Positions 1 to 6,508 of a stretch of 13,897 bases of DNA are shown piece by piece. The DNA is from Candidatus Bipolaricaulia bacterium (lineage in GTDB: Bacteria; Bipolaricaulota; Bipolaricaulia; JBHIAT01), in the NCBI GenBank assembly GCA_046758705.1, contig JBHIAT010000093.1, forward strand, positions 1 through 13,897, in the 5' to 3' direction. A program made the position numbers and the translations under genes. Under the pieces are notes generated by a model that saw nothing but the letters and a program-made list of their open reading frames with translations, did no database searches and was not told the DNA's origin. Within the stretch, counting starts at the first letter, position 1. The number at the start of each line of letters is the position of its first letter.

Positions 1-10
1 CAATAAATTC

Positions 11-38
11 ATTATATCAAAAATAAATCTTTTGTCAA
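11..38 (-). promoter_or_regulatory. Consensus sigma70-type promoter pointing out of the left edge of the window
   Basis: Reverse complement reads TTGACA(38-33)-N16-TATAAT(16-11), with an extended -10 TG, in an AT-rich stretch. Confidence 0.7.
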
Positions 39-78
39 GTTTTACTTATGTACTCAAACAGATTTTTCCGAGTTCTCA

Positions 79-108
79 TTGACCCAGGTGGATGGAAGGA
101 GCTATGAT
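79..108 (+). promoter_or_regulatory. Putative sigma70-type promoter for the M23 peptidase operon
   Basis: TTGACC(79-84)-N18-TATGAT(103-108), upstream of RBS AAGGAGG (131-137) and ATG 144. Confidence 0.45.
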
Positions 109-143
109 AGGATTTGTGGAATTTCTAGATAAGGAGGATCAAA

Positions 144-812
144 ATGAGAGCAAAACGGGATGGACGAAGGGTCTTTGGGGTTGCAACTGCCTGTCTGGTG
201 ATCCTGACGGGATGGTTCGGACTATCTGTCGTTGGCCAGGAGATCGTCCTGGATCCGGAAGGCGTGTCTCAGCTCGGCTGGCCGTTCGAAGAGGTCGAGG
301 GCTGGACGTCGCTGCATGGGAATGGGCCGGGTGAGGGAAGCCATCGGGGGGACCTCTATTACACACAGGATTGGAACTGGGGGGCAGCCAACGATGACGA
401 GGGGAAGCCCATCCATAGTGCCACCTCAGGTGTGGTGATCCACGCCACCCGCGACGCTTCACCCTGTGAGGTGGGTGTCTGCGGTTGGGGCAACCAGGTG
501 ATCATCCAGATCAACGACGAGTTTGCGATCCGATACGCCCATCTCAAGGATGTCGATGTCGAGGTGGGCGATCGGGTGGTGTTGGGGACCCCGATCGGGA
601 TCCTGGGTCACTCCGGGCTGAGCGGGAAGCTGCCCTACACTGCCCATCTTCATGTCTCTCTCTACAAAGATATCGGCGAGCTGTCTCCGCGGGGGCGGGG
701 GAACCGCACGGCGCTTGACTGGCTCAAGCTGGGTGTGGCACCCTATCGACTGGAAGGCGGGCCGACTCGGTTTGCCGCTCCGTTCGAGCTGAACCCTGAG
801 GTTCAGGGATAG
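144..812 (+). CDS. Secreted M23-family zinc metallopeptidase (single catalytic domain)
   Basis: Strong RBS AAGGAGG. Basic N-terminus plus hydrophobic stretch suggests a signal peptide. M23 motifs: H...D (SHRGDLYYTQD), GKPIHSATSGVV, GWGNQVII, YAHL, VEVGDRV, IGILGHSG, and HLH (HxH). Confidence 0.88.
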   Translation: MRAKRDGRRVFGVATACLVILTGWFGLSVVGQEIVLDPEGVSQLGWPFEEVEGWTSLHGNGPGEGSHRGDLYYTQDWNWGAANDDEGKPIHSATSGVVIHATRDASPCEVGVCGWGNQVIIQINDEFAIRYAHLKDVDVEVGDRVVLGTPIGILGHSGLSGKLPYTAHLHVSLYKDIGELSPRGRGNRTALDWLKLGVAPYRLEGGPTRFAAPFELNPEVQG

Positions 813-830
813 GAACGAAAGGCGAACGAC

Positions 831-1994
831 ATGACGCTAAAAAGATACCGGTTGATGATCCCCGGGCCGGTCGACGTTGATCCCGAGGTCTTGGCTGAGA
901 TGGGGGCTCCGGTCGGTGTCCACTACGGACCGGAGTGGACCGCAGTCTACAACGAGACGTTGGACTTGCTGAAGCGGGTATTCCAGACGGAGGGCGATGT
1001 GGTTTTGATCGTTGGCAGCGGCAGCGCGGGTCTGGACGCCGCCATCGGCAGTGTCGTCGGAGACGGAGAGAAGAAGGCGCTCGTCCTGATCAACGGCTTC
1101 TTTGGGGAGCGGCTGCTGGCGATCACCCACGCCTATACCCATCGAGTGCAAGCCGCCACCTTCGATCTCGATGAGCCGATCGCTGTGGAGGCAGTTGAGG
1201 AGGCCCTGAGACAGGAGGGAGATATCGCCGCGGTGATCGCCGTTCACGTGGAGACCTCCACCGGCGTGCTCAACCCAATTCAAGAGCTTGGAGCGCTCTG
1301 CAAGCGGTATGGGGCGCTGTTGATCGTCGATGCCGTCTCTTCGCTGGGGGGTGTGGAGTTGGATGTGGATGGGTGGGGCGTCGGGATCTGCGTCGGTGCC
1401 ACACAGAAATGTCTGGAGGCGCCGCCCGGTCTCAGCCCGGTTGCCGTCAGCGAGCAGGCCTGGGAGCTGATCGAGGCAACCCACACCCCCGGCTGGTATC
1501 TGAACCTGCGAACCTGGAAGGAGTATTCGAAGCGCTGGGTCGATTGGCATCCGCATCCGGTCACGGTGTCGACAAACACCACTCTGGCGCTCAAGCGAAG
1601 CCTGGAACGGATCCTGGACGAGGGACTGGAGATGCGCTTCGACCGACACAAGTGGGCGACCTCGTTCCTGAGGCAGGGGATGCGCAACCTGGGATTTAAG
1701 CCGTTCGTGGAGGACGACCGTCATGCGGCGCCCACGGTCACCGCCGTGCGGGTCGATGAGCGGATCTCAGCGGCACGGCTCATCCAGTTCCTGAAGGAGC
1801 GGCACCGAATCAGTATCTCCGGTGGTATCGAGGATCTGCGGGGAAGCATCTTTCGGGTCGGTCACATGGGTCCCGGCGCGACCTCCGAGGCGATCCTGCC
1901 GCTCCTATTCGCTATTGAGGAGGAACTCCGGGAGGCTGGGGCTGACCTGCCGGTGGGGCAGAGCCTCTATGGGATTGAGAATAAGATGGAGTGA
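831..1994 (+). CDS. Class V PLP-dependent aminotransferase (alanine-glyoxylate / serine-pyruvate aminotransferase family)
   Basis: Motifs MIPGPV, GSGSAGLDAA, NGFFGER, HVETSTG, VDAVSSLGG, TQKCL (PLP lysine) and FRVGHMG; 387 aa. Confidence 0.93.
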   Translation: MTLKRYRLMIPGPVDVDPEVLAEMGAPVGVHYGPEWTAVYNETLDLLKRVFQTEGDVVLIVGSGSAGLDAAIGSVVGDGEKKALVLINGFFGERLLAITHAYTHRVQAATFDLDEPIAVEAVEEALRQEGDIAAVIAVHVETSTGVLNPIQELGALCKRYGALLIVDAVSSLGGVELDVDGWGVGICVGATQKCLEAPPGLSPVAVSEQAWELIEATHTPGWYLNLRTWKEYSKRWVDWHPHPVTVSTNTTLALKRSLERILDEGLEMRFDRHKWATSFLRQGMRNLGFKPFVEDDRHAAPTVTAVRVDERISAARLIQFLKERHRISISGGIEDLRGSIFRVGHMGPGATSEAILPLLFAIEEELREAGADLPVGQSLYGIENKME

Positions 1995-1999
1995 AAGCA

Positions 2000-2836
2000 A
2001 TGAGCCAGCGGATCCTGAATATCGCCCATCGCGGTGCGCGAAGCCTGGCGCCGGAGAACACACTCGCCGCCGCCCGGAAAGCGTTGAAACTCGGGGCCGA
2101 CCTATGGGAGTTCGACGTGCAGATGACTCGTGATGGGGAGCTGATCCTGATGCACGATGACACACTATCCCAGACTACCAACGCCGAAGAGGTCTTCCCG
2201 GACGGTTGGCCCTGGTCGGTCACCGACTTCACGTTGGAGCAGATCCGACGGCTGGATGCCGGCTCCTGGTTCGTCCGAACCGATCCGTTCGGTGAGATCA
2301 CCGCCGGTCACGTTTCCAAGTCGCAGCAACGAAACTATATCGGCGAACCTATCCCGCCCCTGTGGGAGGCGCTCCAGTTTACCCAGGCGCATAACTGGCG
2401 GGCCAACATCGAGATCAAACAGGTCTCCGCGTCCACGCCGTCCCTGGCCGAGCGCCGTTCCGCCGAACTGCTGAGGAAACTCGTCGATCTGGTCGTGAAA
2501 CTGGATATGGAGGAGGATGTGATCGTCTCCTCCTTTGATCACCTCCTGATCTGGGAGATCAAGGAATTGAATCCCAAACTCACCGGGGCGGTGCTCGTTC
2601 TTGAACCGTTACTCGATCCACTCGGCCATCTGGAGACGATCGGAGCGGATGCCTACCATCCGAGCCTGTTAGCCTTCGATCCGGAGGTTGCCAGAAAGCT
2701 GTGCCAGGCAGGTTATAGTGTCAACATCTGGACGGTCAACGATCCCAAGATGATGAAAGCTCTGGTCAACGAGCCGGGGATCACCGGGATCTTCACTGAC
2801 TATCCGCAACGGCTGGAGCCGATCTTGGGTCCCTGA
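2000..2836 (+). CDS. Glycerophosphodiester phosphodiesterase (GDPD, UgpQ/GlpQ-like), probably cytoplasmic
   Basis: Motifs IAHRGA, PENT, EFDV, MHD, NIEIK, SSFD, WTVND, FTDYP; no signal peptide. ATG 2000 has GGAG 8 nt upstream. The alternative start GTG 1991 overlaps the upstream stop. Confidence 0.93.
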   Translation: MSQRILNIAHRGARSLAPENTLAAARKALKLGADLWEFDVQMTRDGELILMHDDTLSQTTNAEEVFPDGWPWSVTDFTLEQIRRLDAGSWFVRTDPFGEITAGHVSKSQQRNYIGEPIPPLWEALQFTQAHNWRANIEIKQVSASTPSLAERRSAELLRKLVDLVVKLDMEEDVIVSSFDHLLIWEIKELNPKLTGAVLVLEPLLDPLGHLETIGADAYHPSLLAFDPEVARKLCQAGYSVNIWTVNDPKMMKALVNEPGITGIFTDYPQRLEPILGP

Positions 2837-2860
2837 TACGGATTTGAAAATCGCACCAAT

Positions 2861-3796
2861 ATGTTCAATTTACTGCCTGGAATCTTTATGGGATGGTCTT
2901 TGGGAGCGAATGACGCTGCCAACATCTTCGGTCCGGCCGTCGGGACGCGGGCGGTGCGGTTCTGGACTGCAGCGCTCATCACCTCGGCCTTCGTGATCGT
3001 CGGCGCCCTGGCTCAGGGCATTCCAGGGATCGAGACCTACAAGGCCCTCTCTGACCAGACCGCTACCCAGGCAGTGATCATTACCCTGGCCGCTGCCCTG
3101 ACGGTGACTGGGATGACCTATCTCGGGATGCCCGTCTCCACCACTCAGGCGATGGTGGGCTCAATCATCGGGATCGGGCTCATTCAGGGAAACGTCAATT
3201 GGGGGGTCCTGGCCAGAGTGGTGCTCGCCTGGATCCTGACTCCGGTGGGAGGGGCGATCGCCGCGTATCTCTTCTACCGACTGGCAGCTGCGCTGGTGGA
3301 GGAGTGGTTGACGAGCTTGCAGACCTACGACCGGATCATCCGGATCGGATTCATCGTGGTCGGGGCCTACGGAGCCTTTTCCCTGGGTGCTAACAACGTT
3401 GCCAACGTCACCGGTGTCTACGTCGGGGCCGACTTGCTCACCCCCCACGAGGGTGTGTTGCTGGGCTCGGTGAGCATCGCGCTTGGGGTGCTCACCTACA
3501 GCCGAAGGGTGATGGATACGGTCGGTCGAGACCTGGTGCCTTTAGAACCGTTCTCGGCGCTCATCGCCATCATGGGCGAGTCGCTCACGTTGTACATCTA
3601 TGCGATCATCGGCATTCCGGTCTCCGCGTCGCAGGCGATCGTGGGAGCGGTGTTAGGCATCGGGTTGGTCAAAGGCGTCAGGACAATCGATCGGCGTACG
3701 GTGCGCAACATCCTATTTGCCTGGGTCGGGACGCCGATGACCAGCGCCGCTTTGGCACTACTTCTCCACCATATCTGGCGGTGGTGGTTCGGTTAG
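2861..3796 (+). CDS. PiT (PHO4) family inorganic phosphate/anion transporter, short form
   Basis: Two PiT signatures (GANDAAN and GANNVAN), the repeats GMPVSTTQAMVGSIIG and GIPVSASQAIVGAVLG, and many TM segments. Confidence 0.92.
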   Translation: MFNLLPGIFMGWSLGANDAANIFGPAVGTRAVRFWTAALITSAFVIVGALAQGIPGIETYKALSDQTATQAVIITLAAALTVTGMTYLGMPVSTTQAMVGSIIGIGLIQGNVNWGVLARVVLAWILTPVGGAIAAYLFYRLAAALVEEWLTSLQTYDRIIRIGFIVVGAYGAFSLGANNVANVTGVYVGADLLTPHEGVLLGSVSIALGVLTYSRRVMDTVGRDLVPLEPFSALIAIMGESLTLYIYAIIGIPVSASQAIVGAVLGIGLVKGVRTIDRRTVRNILFAWVGTPMTSAALALLLHHIWRWWFG

Positions 3797-3809
3797 CAGT
3801 GCGATCTCA

Positions 3810-4727
3810 CTAAACCTCTCTCCCATCTTCAAGGAGTCCCACCCCGCCCTTTGCCGGTTGTGTATCCGCCGGGGCCAAGCGAGTACTGCTGGCGCTCCCA
3901 CAATCTATATGAAGTTTGGTGCGGACCTTGTAGCTGTAGGGCCCGTAGTAGGCGGCAGCATCCCTGTCAGTTTCGTATTCTTCCAATACGGCTAAGAGTA
4001 TCTCTTTCCCTTTATCTAGCGAGCTTTCATCGACACTCGTGGCAGTCAGACCAAATTGAGCGAGATTCTTCTTGATCGCTTCTCTTAGCTCGTCTTCTGG
4101 TTCGAGGTCGAACTGGAGAGACGCCCTATTTCTCCCCATCCACTCAAAGAGAAAGTTTGACTCATCGGCCTGAAGTGACTCTATCCACCGCCGTAGGTCT
4201 GCGGCACCGAAGGTCTTCCTTCGTACTAACTGAAGTTCTATCTCCAGCTTTCGCGATTTGTGAAGTATCTCCAGTCGATATTGCTGGGGAGTCTGCGGCA
4301 ACTCAACCACGGTGACCCCTCTTTTTGTTCCCCCAGCCAGCTCCACCAGTTTTACTGATTCCCATTGGTTAGGAACCCAAGTAATCCCGGAGCTGTTCAG
4401 TTGAGGTGTTAAGCGCTGAGGTTCATCCATCACCACCAGGCAACCACTCACATCTGGCTCTCCGTCCATCTTCATCAACGCAACGCGATGGGGACAGTTT
4501 CGGTCCGCAATCCGCCTATATAGGACTCCGGAGGCTAGAAAAATCACTCCGATTGCAGAAAACAACGATATCCAGAGCCAAGGATCCTCCCTCTTTATCG
4601 TAGTTGAGATGGAGGCCCCTGCCGCAAACACGACAACCGCAGCCAGGAGGAAGGCTAAACTAATCCGTCTATTCCTGGCCCTCTTATCTAGACTTTGAAA
4701 TACTACACCATTACCGCTATCCACCAT
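3810..4727 (-). CDS. Hypothetical membrane protein: two N-terminal TM helices plus a soluble domain, possibly a divergent SPFH/band-7 domain
   Basis: Long ORF in a lower-GC segment. ATG 4727 is preceded by purine-rich GAGAGGGGGG and overlaps the stop of the upstream small ORF (TGATG); the ORF track uses 4760. Hydrophobic helices: ISLAFLLAAVVVFAAGASI and WLWISLFSAIGVIFLASGVLY. Confidence 0.7.
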   Translation of the reverse strand: MVDSGNGVVFQSLDKRARNRRISLAFLLAAVVVFAAGASISTTIKREDPWLWISLFSAIGVIFLASGVLYRRIADRNCPHRVALMKMDGEPDVSGCLVVMDEPQRLTPQLNSSGITWVPNQWESVKLVELAGGTKRGVTVVELPQTPQQYRLEILHKSRKLEIELQLVRRKTFGAADLRRWIESLQADESNFLFEWMGRNRASLQFDLEPEDELREAIKKNLAQFGLTATSVDESSLDKGKEILLAVLEEYETDRDAAAYYGPYSYKVRTKLHIDCGSASSTRLAPADTQPAKGGVGLLEDGREV

Positions 4728-4900
4728 CAACCCCCCTCTCTGAATATGTTTAGCGTCCATCTGTCAGGAGGCGTCGACACCCACCGTGGAGGGATCTTGG
4801 GCGGGACCTCCTTGAGCTGGACCTGAGCGTGCTTCAGGTCGTTTAAAATCTCCAGCAGTTGGGGCACTGCCGGAGTCATGACTCTGGAAACGCTAAACAG
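4727..4900 (-). CDS. Small hypothetical protein (57 aa from CTG 4900, or 50 aa from ATG 4879)
   Basis: Manual translation: (L)FSVSRV-MTPAVPQLLEILNDLKHAQVQLKEVPPKIPPRWVSTPPDRWTLNIFREGG*. AAGGAGG (4914-4908) lies 7 nt before the CTG. The TGA stop overlaps the next ATG. Confidence 0.5.
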   Translation of the reverse strand: MFSVSRVMTPAVPQLLEILNDLKHAQVQLKEVPPKIPPRWVSTPPDRWTLNIFREGG

Positions 4901-4924
4901 GTATTTCCCTCCTTAAGGGATTCT

Positions 4925-4952
4925 ATTATATCATAAGAATTAAAAAAATCAA
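4925..4952 (-). promoter_or_regulatory. Sigma70-type promoter for the small ORF / 2-TM gene pair
   Basis: Reverse complement TTGATT(4952-4947)-N16-TATAAT(4930-4925), with an extended -10 TG, directly upstream of RBS AAGGAGG. Confidence 0.55.
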
Positions 4953-4974
4953 TAATCAATCATAGGGATCGGAT

Positions 4975-6486
4975 ATGGAACGATATATCGCCGCCATCGA
5001 CCAAGGGACGACCGGAACCCGCTTCATGATCTTCGATCGATCCGGCACCCCGGTTGCCTCTGCCTATCGTGAGCACCGCCAGCTCTACCCCAGGCCTGGC
5101 TGGGTAGAGCACGACCCCGAGGAGATCTGGCGATGGACCCTGGAGGTGATCGAGGCGGCCCTCGAATCGGGAGCCATCGAACCGTCCCAGCTTGAGGCAA
5201 TTGGGATCGCCAACCAACGGGAGACGACGGTCGTCTGGGACGCAGCGACCGGTGCGCCGCTTCACAACGCGATCGTCTGGCAGGATCGCCGGACGGCCGA
5301 ACGCTGCCGGACGCTCCAACGTCAAGGGTATGAAGCTGTTCTTCGTGAGCGGACCGGTCTCCCGATCGACCCCTACTTCTCGGCCACCAAGCTCGAATGG
5401 TGTCTCGAGCAGGTCCCCGGCTTGAGAGGGCGGGTGGAGCGCGGTGAGGCCCGGTTCGGCACGATCGACAGCTGGCTGATCTGGAAGCTCACCGGAGCCC
5501 ATGTAACCGACTATACTAATGCGTCGCGGACGATGCTCTTCGATGTGGAGCGGCTCATCTGGGACGAGGAACTGCTCGAGCTGTTCTCCATCCCCCGAAC
5601 CATGCTGCCTGAGGTGCGCCCGAGCGTGGATGCGCAGATCTATGGATACACCGACGAACAGGTCATCGGGGCCAGAATCCCGGTCTGTGGGGATCTTGGC
5701 GATCAGCAGGCGGCGCTCTTCGGCCAAGCGGGGTTCATCGCTGGCGAGGTGAAGAATACCTACGGGACCGGCTCGTTTTTACTCCTCAACACGGGGGAGG
5801 AACCGGTTGTCAGTGAACACGGACTGCTCACCACCATCGCCTACGGATACGGACGGAGCGGAGAGGGGGAAGGAGACGCGGTCCGCTACGCGCTGGAGGG
5901 CTCCATCTTCATCACCGGAGCCGCAGTCCAGTGGCTGCGCGACGGACTGGGTCTGATCCGTGAAGCGGCTGAGACCGAGACCCTGGCCCGTGCCGTCGAG
6001 AGCAGCGACGGGGTCTACTTCGTCCCGGCACTGGTCGGCCTAGGTGCGCCACACTGGGACCCGTTTGCCCGCGGGTTGCTCATCGGCCTGACCCAGGGAA
6101 CGCGGCGTGAGCATATCGTGCGGGCGACTCTTGAGGCGATCGCCTATCAGACCCGGGATGTCGTCGAGGCGATGGAGGCCGACTCAGGGCTCCGCCTGGA
6201 GCGCTTGAAGGTGGATGGCGGCGTGGTGAAGAACAACTTTCTCTGTCAGTTCCAGAGCGATATCCTGAACCGACCGGTCATCCGACCGGTTGTCGGTGAG
6301 ACGACCGCCCTCGGTGCCGCGTACGCCGCCGGGCTTGCCGTCGGCTATTGGAAGGACCTGGACGAACTCCAACGAAACTGGAAAGTCGATAGAGTATTCG
6401 AGCCGAGCATGGATGAGACGGATCGCGAACGGTTCTACGTCGGATGGCAACGGGCCGTCAAACGGGCAAAACAGTGGGAAATTTAA
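4975..6486 (+). CDS. glpK: Glycerol kinase
   Basis: FGGY kinase with GlpK motifs [76 protein letters not shown] and ETTALGAA; 503 aa. Confidence 0.97.
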   Translation: MERYIAAIDQGTTGTRFMIFDRSGTPVASAYREHRQLYPRPGWVEHDPEEIWRWTLEVIEAALESGAIEPSQLEAIGIANQRETTVVWDAATGAPLHNAIVWQDRRTAERCRTLQRQGYEAVLRERTGLPIDPYFSATKLEWCLEQVPGLRGRVERGEARFGTIDSWLIWKLTGAHVTDYTNASRTMLFDVERLIWDEELLELFSIPRTMLPEVRPSVDAQIYGYTDEQVIGARIPVCGDLGDQQAALFGQAGFIAGEVKNTYGTGSFLLLNTGEEPVVSEHGLLTTIAYGYGRSGEGEGDAVRYALEGSIFITGAAVQWLRDGLGLIREAAETETLARAVESSDGVYFVPALVGLGAPHWDPFARGLLIGLTQGTRREHIVRATLEAIAYQTRDVVEAMEADSGLRLERLKVDGGVVKNNFLCQFQSDILNRPVIRPVVGETTALGAAYAAGLAVGYWKDLDELQRNWKVDRVFEPSMDETDRERFYVGWQRAVKRAKQWEI

Positions 6487-6508
6487 AAGTTAGAAACCGG
6501 CATCCACA

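Noticed and set aside
837..1724. 295-aa antisense ORF opposite the aminotransferase
   Set aside because: Shadow ORF caused by high-GC codon bias; no recognisable motifs or RBS.
831..1994. Calling the aminotransferase phnW or pucG
   Set aside because: Family-specific segments do not match as I recall them, and no phnX/phnA or purine-catabolism genes are present.
3797..3809. Intrinsic terminators at the convergent junctions (also 8108-8113)
   Set aside because: The gaps are only 13 and 6 nt and I saw no convincing hairpin with a U-tract.
4960..5727. 255-aa antisense ORF opposite glpK
   Set aside because: Typical antisense shadow of a conserved high-GC gene; no independent support.
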